A stretch of DNA of 64,000 nt from positions 15,611-79,610 of the forward strand of contig DASYRR010000170.1 of the NCBI GenBank assembly GCA_036004125.1. The letters are read 5' to 3'. The first letter of the stretch is position 1. Each line of letters starts with the position of its first letter. The notes beneath the pieces were generated by a model that searched no databases, was not told the origin of the DNA, and saw only the letters and a list, made by a program, of their open reading frames with translations. Of this stretch, positions 15,324 through 24,825 are shown piece by piece. This DNA is from Pyrinomonadaceae bacterium. GTDB taxonomy: Bacteria > Acidobacteriota > Blastocatellia > Pyrinomonadales > Pyrinomonadaceae. The position numbers and the translations under genes are program-made.

Positions 15324-16106
15324 ATGATGGAAGCATTGAAGGCGCATTGGCCGGAGTATTTGATGGAAGCAGGTGAACTTTGTCTTTTCATGATCTCGGC
15401 TTGCGCTTTTACTGTGCTGCTCTATCACCCTACCTCACCGGTTACTCAAGGAATTCAAAATGAAGTTATACGAAGAATATTGATGGGTGTCGCAATGGGC
15501 TCGACAGCCATTGCACTAATCTTTTCACCGTTGGGCAAACGATCCGGAGCCCACTTCAATCCTGCGGTGACTTTAACGTTTTTTCGACTTGGAAAGATCA
15601 AGGCTTGGGATGCGGTCTTCTATATTCTGTTTCAATTTGCCGGCGGTATCGTCGGCGTATTAATCGCCTCACAGCTTCTGGGAATGCTGGTTTCGCACAA
15701 AGCAGTGAATTACGCAGCCACTGTGCCTGGTCCAAAAGGACCGGCGACAGCATTTTTCGCCGAACTAACCATCACATTCATCCTGATGACAGTAATCCTC
15801 GCTGTTTCAAACACGGAGCGGCTGGGTCGCTGGACGGGAATGTTCGCGGGTGCGCTAGTCGCTGTCTACATCAGCATCGAGTCACCCCTTTCCGGTATGA
15901 GCATGAATCCAGCGCGCACCTTTGGTTCAGCGTTTAGCGCGCATGTTTGGACTTCGCTCTGGATCTATTTCACAGCGCCGCCGTTGGGAATGCTCCTGGC
16001 CACCGAGACTTACAAACGAATCAAGGGTAGTCGGGCGGTGGCGTGCGCGAAGCTGCATCACTACAACAACTCACACTGCATCTTCCAATGCAACTTTCAA
16101 GGGTAA
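15324..16106 (+). CDS. MIP/aquaporin-family channel
   Basis: Two NPA boxes (HFNPAVT, SMNPART) and six TM helices. Uses the internal ATG of ORF 15069..16106. Confidence 0.85.
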   Translation: MMEALKAHWPEYLMEAGELCLFMISACAFTVLLYHPTSPVTQGIQNEVIRRILMGVAMGSTAIALIFSPLGKRSGAHFNPAVTLTFFRLGKIKAWDAVFYILFQFAGGIVGVLIASQLLGMLVSHKAVNYAATVPGPKGPATAFFAELTITFILMTVILAVSNTERLGRWTGMFAGALVAVYISIESPLSGMSMNPARTFGSAFSAHVWTSLWIYFTAPPLGMLLATETYKRIKGSRAVACAKLHHYNNSHCIFQCNFQG

Positions 16107-16147
16107 CGCAAGACATCAACCAATTTCTTAGAAGGAGAAATCAAGTC

Positions 16148-16891
16148 ATGAAACACCGTAGACTCGCAATCAACCTGGTACTGCTCGCTGTCGCTATGTG
16201 CGGACAGTTTGCGGTTGCCTCTGCCACACGGAATCGCACCACCAAACAAACCAAGTTCACTGTTCGGGTCGAAAACATCTCGAAGCCCGATAGTCAGACC
16301 GCTTCAGACGGTACAAAGTTTCCCTTCGCGCTTTCACCTGGACTCTGGGTTCTGCACGACAAAAAATCCGGGCTCTTTACTGAAGGAAAGCCCGCAGTTA
16401 AGGGTCTTGAAATGCAGGCTGAAGATGGCGATCCTTCTGGACTCGCTAGCGTGCTCATGATGAGTCATCACGCCTCAGCGCTGCATGGCGTGTTCGATAC
16501 ACCAATAGGAATGATGAGCCCAGGCCCAATTCGCCCAGGCGATAACTACGAATTCAGCTTTATGGCCAGTCCCGGCATGAAACTCTCGCTGACCATGATG
16601 AATGGTCAGTCGAACGACGAGTTCTACGCACCGGACGAAAAGGGTATTGCACTCTTCGATTCCAAGGGCATGCCGGTTAGCGGCGAAATCACTGAGAAGC
16701 TAATCCTCTGGGATGCAGGCACGGAGGTTAACGAAGAGTTGGGCATTGGGCCAAATCAGGGACCGCGACAAAAAGGTATGAACACCGGCCCTGACCAGCA
16801 TGGCGTAGTCACGCGGGCGAAGAATGAGGCGATCTACACAAAGAACGGCGAACTCTTCCGCGTCACGATCACGGACGAACCTGGGATGTAA
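16148..16891 (+). CDS. secreted spondin_N-like domain protein
   Basis: Signal peptide MKHRRLAINLVLLAVAMCGQFAVA. FTVRVENISKP...FALSPGLWVLHD. Confidence 0.6.
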   Translation: MKHRRLAINLVLLAVAMCGQFAVASATRNRTTKQTKFTVRVENISKPDSQTASDGTKFPFALSPGLWVLHDKKSGLFTEGKPAVKGLEMQAEDGDPSGLASVLMMSHHASALHGVFDTPIGMMSPGPIRPGDNYEFSFMASPGMKLSLTMMNGQSNDEFYAPDEKGIALFDSKGMPVSGEITEKLILWDAGTEVNEELGIGPNQGPRQKGMNTGPDQHGVVTRAKNEAIYTKNGELFRVTITDEPGM

Positions 16892-17004
16892 GTCATTAGC
16901 AGTCGGCGCGGACGGGATGTCCGCCCGGTGCCAGTGATTGACGAAAACGGAGCGCAGATTCTGCCCGTGCAAAAACGCTTAGTCGAAAAGCAGGAGAAGC
17001 AATC

Positions 17005-17898
17005 ATGAAGACAACTACAAGATGGATCGCCGCCGCGCTCTTGCTCTCGGCTATCTCGGCAATCGCTGCCGGTCAAACGGTCACTGCAAAGAAATCACTG
17101 ACGATTGAAGGGGCGAGAAAAGTAATCGCGGCTGCGGTCGCTTATGCAAAGAAGAACAACGCACCTGGAGGTGTCATCGCGGTTGTTGATGACGGCGGGA
17201 ATTTGATGGCGCTCGAACGCCTCGATGGCACCTTTGCCGCCGGCGCAACTATTTCTATCGGCAAAGCGCGCACGGCCGTCTTGTTCAAACGTCCGACCAA
17301 AGTCTTTGAGGACATCATCAAGAACGGACGCACTGCGATGGTTGCGCTACCAGACAGCTTCTTCACTCCCTTGCAAGGCGGTATTCCGATCATCGTCGAC
17401 GGCCAGATTGTTGGCGGCGTCGGCGTGAGTGGAGCTTCGAGCGCGGCGCAGGACGAAGAGTTAGCGATCGCCGGCGCGAACGTGTTTGGTGGCGACCCAA
17501 AAATGGGTGACGCAATGCAAATGAGCAAACCGGCAGTGCTTTTCTTTGACAGCAACCAGGTCTCTGCGTCTTTCTCGAAAGGCGCCGTCCTGCTCGACGG
17601 AACTAACCGAAACTACATGGTTAACACGAGCCGTCGCGATAAACCTGGGCTGGCTGAGATTCACAGGCTCGACACTGACATCATTTACGTTGTCGATGGC
17701 ACGGCCACATTCGTAACTGGCGGAACTGCGGTGGAGACAAAAGAGATTGAGCCGAATGAGTTTCGCGGCTCGCGTATTGACGGCGGCGACGTGCGTCAAC
17801 TGTCGCAGGGCGACGTGATTGTCGTTCCCAATAACACACCGCATTGGTTCAAAGAAGTAGGCGGAACGTTTCTATATTACACGATTAAAGTTCGTTAA
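17005..17898 (+). CDS. secreted GlcG/HbpS-like (DUF336) heme-binding domain fused to a cupin-like domain
   Basis: GGVIAVVDDGGNLMALERLDG...GGIPIIVDGQIVGGVGVSGA. C-terminal VIVVPNNTPHWF. Confidence 0.7.
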   Translation: MKTTTRWIAAALLLSAISAIAAGQTVTAKKSLTIEGARKVIAAAVAYAKKNNAPGGVIAVVDDGGNLMALERLDGTFAAGATISIGKARTAVLFKRPTKVFEDIIKNGRTAMVALPDSFFTPLQGGIPIIVDGQIVGGVGVSGASSAAQDEELAIAGANVFGGDPKMGDAMQMSKPAVLFFDSNQVSASFSKGAVLLDGTNRNYMVNTSRRDKPGLAEIHRLDTDIIYVVDGTATFVTGGTAVETKEIEPNEFRGSRIDGGDVRQLSQGDVIVVPNNTPHWFKEVGGTFLYYTIKVR

Positions 17899-17927
17899 TG
17901 CGGCCACATAGTTGAGGAGTAACTGAA

Positions 17928-19670
17928 ATGAAAATCACCAACTTGATTCGCTTAATGAGACTGGCACTTCTGGTCATCATCGCGGTTTCTTTACAGCAGG
18001 GAATGGCAAGTGTTTCCAGTCAGGCCACCCTGACGCCCCTCAAAACCTCCGCTGAAATCCCCAGCGGAAAGCCCAACGCGACAATCGATCTCGCGACGCC
18101 TGATGGCCTTAGCGCAGTGAAAGGCGAATGGCGCTACAGCGACACGAAAATCGTCGAAGCAGATTTTCGCGGTCCGGGAGCGGACAGACAGCCGACCGGG
18201 CCCGCCGTCAAGACTTACGACTACACTCCGCACGCCGGTGGCGCCGAGTTTGATGATTCGAAATGGGAAATCATCGCCCCGACAACTTTGGATCAGCGCC
18301 GTGGTAACGGCCGGCTCGGCTTCAATTGGTATCGCATCAAGCTGACGCTGCCCGAACGCATCGGCGATTTCGATCCGGCCGGCTCGATCGCCGTCTTTGA
18401 TACGTCGCTGGATGACTATGCAGAAATCTGGGTGGATGGTGAATTGTCGCGATCTCTCGGCCAATCGGGCGGTTCAATCATCGCCGGCTGGAATGCCGAG
18501 AACCAACTGGTTGTTGGCCGCAATGTGAAACCTGGTCAGCAGATTCAGCTAGCTATCTTTGGCATCAACGGTCCGCTTTCAAATCCGCCGACAAATTTCA
18601 TCTACCTGCGCTACGCGAAGCTCTCTTTCTACAAAACTGAGCCTGGCCCGGTTGCGTTGACGCCAAGCGAAGTCAACGTCGAAGTCGTGCGAAACGTCCC
18701 GGCAATGAACGAGGTCGTCGGACCAAATCCGAAAGTTTTCAAACTTGCCGATGGGTTCAAGTTCACTGAAGGCCCGATCTGGGTGAACAAGGACGGCGGA
18801 TATTTGCTCTTCAGCGATCCGAATGCGAACACGATCTACAAGTACACTTCGAACGGAAGTCAGGGAAGCAGCCTGGAAATATTTCGTACGCAGAGTGGTT
18901 ACTCCGGCACTGACATCGCGGAATATGGCCAGCCTGGCTCCAATGGATTGACGCTTGATCCCCAAGGTCGCCTGACTATCAACCAGCACGGAAATCATCG
19001 CGTGGTGCGCGACGAGAAGGACGGAACACAAACGATTCTGGCTGACAGTTATCAGGGCAAGCGTTTGAATAGTCCAAACGATCTCGTCTATCGATCTGAC
19101 GGTACGCTCTTCTTTACTGACCCGCCGTTCGGTTTTCCTAAGGCTTTTGAAGACTCGCGTAAGCAGTTGCCATTCAGTGGAATCTTTTCGATTTACAAAG
19201 GCAAACTGCAGCTTATTAGCAAAGACTTGAGCGGTCCAAACGGAATCGCCCTATCTCCGGACGAGAAGTTCTTGTATGTCGGGAACTGGCCGCGTGCGTT
19301 GACAGGTCAACATGCGCCCGCCAGCGACGAGCCGGTGAGTGAGATCGGCGAGCAGCACAAGGCGATCATGCGCTATGAAGTTCAAGCCGATGGCACGCTC
19401 CGCAATGGCAAACTCTTTTTCGATTTCACGAGCGCGGCCGGCGAGGACGGTCTCGACGGCATCAAGGTGGATCAAAAAGGCAACCTGTACGTCTCCGCTC
19501 CCGGCGGACTTTGGGTCATCTCGCCGGAAGGCAAACACCTGGGCACGATCATCAGTCCGCGCCACCCGCACAACATGGCTTGGGGTGATGCGGACGGGAA
19601 GACTCTGTATCTCTGCGCGCGTTCCGGTCTGTATCGCATCCGACTCAATATTGCCGGCGTGCGCCCGTAA
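17928..19670 (+). CDS. secreted SMP-30/gluconolactonase/LRE-family protein with N-terminal sugar-binding-like domain
   Basis: FTEGPIWV, NGLTLDPQGRL, PNDLVYRSDGTLFFTDP, PNGIALSPDEKFLYV. Confidence 0.75.
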   Translation: MKITNLIRLMRLALLVIIAVSLQQGMASVSSQATLTPLKTSAEIPSGKPNATIDLATPDGLSAVKGEWRYSDTKIVEADFRGPGADRQPTGPAVKTYDYTPHAGGAEFDDSKWEIIAPTTLDQRRGNGRLGFNWYRIKLTLPERIGDFDPAGSIAVFDTSLDDYAEIWVDGELSRSLGQSGGSIIAGWNAENQLVVGRNVKPGQQIQLAIFGINGPLSNPPTNFIYLRYAKLSFYKTEPGPVALTPSEVNVEVVRNVPAMNEVVGPNPKVFKLADGFKFTEGPIWVNKDGGYLLFSDPNANTIYKYTSNGSQGSSLEIFRTQSGYSGTDIAEYGQPGSNGLTLDPQGRLTINQHGNHRVVRDEKDGTQTILADSYQGKRLNSPNDLVYRSDGTLFFTDPPFGFPKAFEDSRKQLPFSGIFSIYKGKLQLISKDLSGPNGIALSPDEKFLYVGNWPRALTGQHAPASDEPVSEIGEQHKAIMRYEVQADGTLRNGKLFFDFTSAAGEDGLDGIKVDQKGNLYVSAPGGLWVISPEGKHLGTIISPRHPHNMAWGDADGKTLYLCARSGLYRIRLNIAGVRP

Positions 19671-19715
19671 ATTGAAAAGACTTGGAGCCGATAAGTTTGC
19701 CAGCCCGTTGGAGCC

Positions 19716-19795
19716 AGATGTTTATAGCTCCGAGCCAAACGATGTACCCCGCTCCTTAGGAGCGTGATGTCTTGGCTTTAGTCCTCGACACATTT
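19716..19795. repeat. long imperfect palindrome centred on CGCTCC-TTA-GGAGCG
   Basis: The left arm AGATGTTTATAGCTCCGAGCCAAACGATGTACCCCGCTCC pairs imperfectly with GGAGCGTGATGTCTTGGCTTTAGTCCTCGACACATTT. Confidence 0.5.
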
Positions 19796-20174
19796 CGCCC
19801 CTACGGAGCGGAAGAAAATAAGCAAGGCCCAGCGTTCTATAAATACTGCCGATTACCGCGTACATCTGTCGGCTAGACAGCCCTACTGCAGCAACGACAA
19901 TAAAACCTGAACTACTCGCTACCGCAGACAGAGGTCTAGTGTTCTTGATTGCGCTGCTGATACTCTCAATAGAACTATCATTCGGCCTTAGTGCACCGCG
20001 AGCCAATCAATTGGCCAAGCTTCGAATCGGCGCCGACCTCAGAATCTCCTGGAAAGTATCGTCCAAACCTAAAGTTGTTTTGCTTCCAATATAATTTCCA
20101 CTGTAAGGATCTCCTCGCTGCGGCGACTAACAAGTCGTAAGCAGTTACCTACTAGTCAATTTAAGGAGACCATC

Positions 20175-20678
20175 ATGTCTAGAAAGCTTGTCGTTCTTGT
20201 CGTCCTATTAATCGCAGTCGCCGGCGCCTGGTACGCCTTCCGCCCGGAACGTCTTTTTATCAACCAAAAAGTCAACGAACAGTTTCCGACCGCCTCGGCA
20301 GCCAACATGGAGCCGATGAAGCTTGCGTCCGGTGTGTTTCACGCTAGGGCACACGAAACAAAAGGCACCGCGGCAATCTTCAAGCTCGCTGATGGTAGGA
20401 GGGCGCTACGCCTTACGGACTTTGAGACCTCCAATGGTCCCGACGTGCACGTTTATCTCGTGGCCGCCGCAGATGCAAAGGACAACGACACCGTGAAGAA
20501 CGCCGGCTTTGTTGACCTTGGCTCTCTGAAGGGAAACATCGGCGACCAGAACTACGAGGTTCCCGCGAACGTCGATTTGGCGAAGTATCGCGCCGCTACG
20601 ATTTGGTGCGCCCGATTCAACGTCAACTTCGGTACTGCGCCTTTGGTGACCGACTCCATGCAATCGATGAATCGCTAA
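20175..20678 (+). CDS. DM13 domain protein
   Basis: N-terminal anchor. GTAAIFKLADGRRALRLTDFETSNGPDVHVYL...ATIWCARFNVNFG. Confidence 0.7.
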   Translation: MSRKLVVLVVLLIAVAGAWYAFRPERLFINQKVNEQFPTASAANMEPMKLASGVFHARAHETKGTAAIFKLADGRRALRLTDFETSNGPDVHVYLVAAADAKDNDTVKNAGFVDLGSLKGNIGDQNYEVPANVDLAKYRAATIWCARFNVNFGTAPLVTDSMQSMNR

Positions 20679-20717
20679 ATTTTTGTATTCCTGGCAGCCC
20701 ATCGTCTTGGTGAATGA

Positions 20718-22301
20718 TTGACGGAGCGCATCATGACAACCAACAACCACTACGACGTAATCATTATCGGCACAGGCGCGGGCGGCGGCACTCTGGCTTA
20801 CAAGCTCGCGCCATCCGGTAAAAAGATTCTTCTGCTCGAACGCGGGGACTACGTGCCGCGCGAGAAAGACAACTGGAGCACACGGGCGGTCAACCTCGAC
20901 GCTAAGTACAACACCAAGGAAGCCTGGCGCGATGTTGACGGGAAAGAGCTGCACCCGCATACGAACTATTTCGTCGGCGGCAATACGAAATTCTACGGCG
21001 CAGCGCTGTTTCGTTTGCGTAAAGAAGATTTCGGGGAGATTCGTCATCACGGTGGGAACTCGCCTGCGTGGCCCATCAGCTACGACGAGCTGGAGCCGTA
21101 TTACACCGAAGCTGAACACCTCTATCACGTGCACGGTAACCGCGGTGAAGATCCAACGGAACCATACGCCAGCGCGCCCTACAAATATCCGGCCGTCAGT
21201 CACGAGCAACGGATTCAGCATCTTCACGACGATCTTGAGCGAGCAGGCCTGAAGCCCTTTCACGTTCCGCTTGGGATTCGAATCGATGAAAAGAACCCGC
21301 GCACCAGCGCCTGCATTCGTTGCAACACTTGCGACGGCCATCCATGTTTGATTGGCGCCAAGGCTGATGCACAAACGATCTGTGTCGATCCAGCTCTTCA
21401 GCATAAAAACGTTTCGCTAGTCACCAACGCCAAGGTGATGCGCTTGGAAACTAATGGCAATGCGTGCGAAGTAAGCAAGGTGATTGTTGAGCGCAACGGT
21501 GCGGGCGAAGAATATTCAGGCGACATCGTCGTTGTGTCCTGCGGCGCGGTTAATTCCTCCGCGTTGTTACTGCGATCGGCGAATGACAGTCACGCGAACG
21601 GACTCGCCAACGGCTCAGATGTGGTGGGGCGTCATTACATGGGCCATATCAATTCGGTCTTGATGGCGCTTTCAAAATGTCCGAACCCGACCGTTTTTCA
21701 AAAAACGTTGGCGATCAATGATTTCTATCTCGGCTCGAAAGACTGGGAATATCCCATGGGCCACATCTCGTTTGTCGGCAAGCTCGACGCTGACACTTTG
21801 AAAGCGGGCGCGCCGGCCATTGCGCCCGGCTGGACTCTGGATTTGATGGCCAAGCATAGCCTGGATTTCTGGCTGACTTCAGAGGACTTGCCTGACCCGG
21901 AGAACCGCGTGACTGTCGATCGCGATGGTGAGATCCGCGTGAGCTACAAGCTCAACAACGTCGAAGGCCACGATCGCTTGAAAGCTCATTTGCAAAAAGC
22001 AATGAAGCAAACTAACTGTGATATTCACGGGCACGAATGTCACCAGGGCTTGTTTGCGCGGAATCTGTATCTCGGTCAGCGTTTGCCGTTAGCGGCGGTC
22101 GCACACCAGAACGGCACCGTGCGCTTCGGTAATGATCCGAAGACCTCAGCGCTCGACCGCAACTGCAAAGCTCATGAGGTCGACAATCTCTACGTAGTCG
22201 ATGCGAGTTTCTTCCCATCGAGTGGCGCCGTGAATCCGGCATTGACGATCATGGCTAATGCGCTGCGCGTCGGCGATCACTTGTTGGAGCGAATGAAATG
22301 A
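20718..22301 (+). CDS. GMC-family FAD oxidoreductase
   Basis: YDVIIIGTGAGGGTLA dinucleotide fold. C-terminal NLYVVDASFFPSSGAVNP. Confidence 0.85.
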   Translation: MTERIMTTNNHYDVIIIGTGAGGGTLAYKLAPSGKKILLLERGDYVPREKDNWSTRAVNLDAKYNTKEAWRDVDGKELHPHTNYFVGGNTKFYGAALFRLRKEDFGEIRHHGGNSPAWPISYDELEPYYTEAEHLYHVHGNRGEDPTEPYASAPYKYPAVSHEQRIQHLHDDLERAGLKPFHVPLGIRIDEKNPRTSACIRCNTCDGHPCLIGAKADAQTICVDPALQHKNVSLVTNAKVMRLETNGNACEVSKVIVERNGAGEEYSGDIVVVSCGAVNSSALLLRSANDSHANGLANGSDVVGRHYMGHINSVLMALSKCPNPTVFQKTLAINDFYLGSKDWEYPMGHISFVGKLDADTLKAGAPAIAPGWTLDLMAKHSLDFWLTSEDLPDPENRVTVDRDGEIRVSYKLNNVEGHDRLKAHLQKAMKQTNCDIHGHECHQGLFARNLYLGQRLPLAAVAHQNGTVRFGNDPKTSALDRNCKAHEVDNLYVVDASFFPSSGAVNPALTIMANALRVGDHLLERMK

Positions 22302-23389
22302 AGCGAATCCAAGTCATTACTTTCAGTTTACTGCTTGTGCTGAGCGTCTTTGTTCAGACGACGACGGCTCAGTTCCTGCCGACGGACGCGCGTGCTCTCA
22401 ACAGCTCGCGCGTCCCCTTCCTGCTCGCTACAGACAACCCAAAGACCGTTCCTTTGGTTGAACAGGTTGGCGCCATCGGGATGACCGTTTCCGACATGGA
22501 TGCTTCGATCGATTTCTATTCGCGCGTTCTGTCATTTGAAAAAGTGTCGGATGTCGAAGTAACCGGCGAAGACTACGAACGTCTGCAAGGTGTCTTTGGC
22601 CTGCGCATGCGAGTGGTGCGAATGCAACTGGCCGATGAGTGTATCGAGTTGACTGAATATCTGGCGCCTAAAGGACGTCCGGTGCCGATCGATTCACGCA
22701 GCAACGATCGATGGTTTCAACACATAGCAATTGTCACCAGCGACATGGATCAGGCGTACGCACTGCTGCGCCAAAACAAGGTCGAGCATGCCTCGACCGG
22801 TCCGCAGCGTCTGCCTGACTGGAACAAGAATGCCGGCGGCATAAAGGCATTTTACTTTCGCGATCCCGACAAGCACTGGCTTGAGATCTTGCAGTTTCCC
22901 GAAGGAAAGGGCGATGCGAAGTGGCAGCGAAAAGATCGCCTGTTTCTAGGCATTGACCATACGGCGATTGTCGTCAGCAACACTGAAGCGAGTTTGAGGT
23001 TTTATCGATACGTGCTTGGTCTGCGTGTGGCAGGTACTAGTGAGAATTACGGCACCGAGCAGGAACACCTGAACAACGTCTTCGGCGCAAGGTTGCGCAT
23101 TACGAGTCTCCGAGCCGGCAGCGGGGGGCCAGGCATCGAGTTTCTCGAGTACCTTGCGCCGCGCGACGGGCGACCCGCGCCGAGCGACGCGCGGGCGAGC
23201 GATCTATTCCATTGGCAGACAACACTCATCGTTAATGCGGCGGATATTTTTGCCCGGAATCTGATCGTTGAGAACTTTCGCCTTGTTTCTCCAGGTGTCG
23301 TATCAATTAGCGATGGGCGATTAGGATTCAGCAAAGGTTTGCTCGCGCGCGATCCTGATGGACACGTGATGGCATTGATTGAAAAATAA
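22298..23389 (+). CDS. secreted tandem VOC (glyoxalase/bleomycin-resistance/dioxygenase) domain protein
   Basis: Two VOC modules (IGMTVSDMDASIDFY..., IDHTAIVVSNTEASLRFY...). The start overlaps the GMC stop. Confidence 0.75.
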   Translation: MKRIQVITFSLLLVLSVFVQTTTAQFLPTDARALNSSRVPFLLATDNPKTVPLVEQVGAIGMTVSDMDASIDFYSRVLSFEKVSDVEVTGEDYERLQGVFGLRMRVVRMQLADECIELTEYLAPKGRPVPIDSRSNDRWFQHIAIVTSDMDQAYALLRQNKVEHASTGPQRLPDWNKNAGGIKAFYFRDPDKHWLEILQFPEGKGDAKWQRKDRLFLGIDHTAIVVSNTEASLRFYRYVLGLRVAGTSENYGTEQEHLNNVFGARLRITSLRAGSGGPGIEFLEYLAPRDGRPAPSDARASDLFHWQTTLIVNAADIFARNLIVENFRLVSPGVVSISDGRLGFSKGLLARDPDGHVMALIEK

Positions 23390-23400
23390 CATCTGACTCC

Positions 23401-23967
23401 ATGAGCACACGTCCACTCTTTATTCCGGTAGTCCTGGGTACCTCACGTAAGGGCCGCTCGAGCGAAAACGTCGCCAGGTTTGTCTTCGCCGAAGTTCAAA
23501 AACGTGAAGGCGTCGAGACTGAACTCATCGACATTCGCGATCTCAAATTCGCGATCGACGATGCCGGTGAAGCACTCAAAGACCCAACATTTTCTGCGCA
23601 GATGATGCGCGCTGATGGTCTGGTCATCGTGACTCCTGAATACAACCACGGCTATCCGGGTATGTTGAAGCACGTGATGGACACGAATTTGAAGGAGTAC
23701 ATTCACAAGGCCGTCGGCATCTGCGGAGTCTCCGCGGGAGGCTTTGGCGGCACCCGCGTCATACAAGGCTTACTGCCGGTGCTTAGGGAGCTCGGTTTGG
23801 TAACAATTTTCTGGGATGGGAATTTTTCAGGTGCGCAGGGTTTGTTCGACGAAGCCAGTGAGATCAAGGATCGCGCGACACACGAAAAACGCATCGACAA
23901 GTTCCTGAGCGAGTTGATCTGGATGAGTAGGGTGTTGCGTTACGGGCGAGAGAACTTTTCGATCTAG
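23401..23967 (+). CDS. NADPH-dependent FMN reductase family protein
   Basis: VVLGTSRKGRSS...LVIVTPEYNHGYPGMLK. Confidence 0.8.
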   Translation: MSTRPLFIPVVLGTSRKGRSSENVARFVFAEVQKREGVETELIDIRDLKFAIDDAGEALKDPTFSAQMMRADGLVIVTPEYNHGYPGMLKHVMDTNLKEYIHKAVGICGVSAGGFGGTRVIQGLLPVLRELGLVTIFWDGNFSGAQGLFDEASEIKDRATHEKRIDKFLSELIWMSRVLRYGRENFSI

Positions 23968-23977
23968 TCGGAAGAAT

Positions 23978-24631
23978 TTGAAAATCATTTCACTCAACGT
24001 GGGATTGCCCCGTCTGGTCTTGCGCGGTGACGAGCCGGTTTCGACGGGTATCTTCAAAGTGCCGGTTGCCGGAAGGGTGAGACTGCGTAAGTTGAACCTC
24101 GACGGTGATCTCCAGGCGGACCTGTCTGTTCATGGTGGCCTCGAAAAGGCCGTCTATCTTTACCCATCTGAGCACTACGAATTTTGGCGGCGAGAGTTGC
24201 CGGACATGGATCTGCAATGGGGAATGTTCGGCGAGAACTTCACGACGACGGGCTTCCGGGAAACGGAAACGAACATCGGAGATCGATTCAAAGTGGGGTC
24301 CGCTGAAGTAATGGTCACGCAACCGCGGATGCCTTGTTACAAGCTCGGTATTCGCTTTGGCAGAACGGACATTATCAGAAGATTTCTCGTCAGCGAGCGG
24401 TCGGGTTTTTATCTGTCGGTTGCAAAGGAAGGCGAAGTGGCGGCTGGTGATGAGTTCGAGCTGATCGAGAAAAACGCGTCTGGTGTAAGGGTCGTCGATG
24501 TCACGCGACTATATAGCAGCGACAAAAGCAACGTCGATTTATTGAGACGAGCAATCGCGACTGAAGCATTGCCAGGGAGTTGGCGAAGTTATTTTCAGGA
24601 ACGTTTGGAAAAGCTGACCGATAAGCATTAG
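23978..24631 (+). CDS. MOSC domain protein (YiiM-like)
   Basis: LDGDLQADLSVHGG...GENFTTTG...RMPCYKLGIRF. Confidence 0.8.
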   Translation: MKIISLNVGLPRLVLRGDEPVSTGIFKVPVAGRVRLRKLNLDGDLQADLSVHGGLEKAVYLYPSEHYEFWRRELPDMDLQWGMFGENFTTTGFRETETNIGDRFKVGSAEVMVTQPRMPCYKLGIRFGRTDIIRRFLVSERSGFYLSVAKEGEVAAGDEFELIEKNASGVRVVDVTRLYSSDKSNVDLLRRAIATEALPGSWRSYFQERLEKLTDKH

Positions 24632-24642
24632 GAGGCAGCGGA

Positions 24643-24816
24643 ATGTCGAAACCCAAAATGACTTGCCCGGACTGTGGCGCGGAAATGAATCATCACGCAA
24701 TGAAAATCGATTACGGCGTGGACGATCCTGCGTTTGTCGATGCGGTCTTTGGCGGCGCGTTGAAAGAGGCGCACACCTGTCCTGGATGCGGACGAACTGA
24801 ATTGCGAGCGGCGTAA
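24643..24816 (+). CDS. 57-aa zinc-ribbon protein (below the ORF-track size cutoff)
   Basis: GGAGG lies 8 nt upstream. MSKPKMTCPDCGAEMNHH...HTCPGCGRTELRAA has two CxxC pairs. Confidence 0.5.
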   Translation: MSKPKMTCPDCGAEMNHHAMKIDYGVDDPAFVDAVFGGALKEAHTCPGCGRTELRAA

Positions 24817-24825
24817 CTAACGCTT

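Noticed and set aside
19722-20006. 94-aa minus-strand ORF in the 500-bp gap between the SMP-30 gene and the DM13 gene.
   Set aside because: Its C-terminal part is the translation of the palindromic repeat at 19716-19795. No RBS or motif is present. The gap is treated as non-coding with a decayed repeat.
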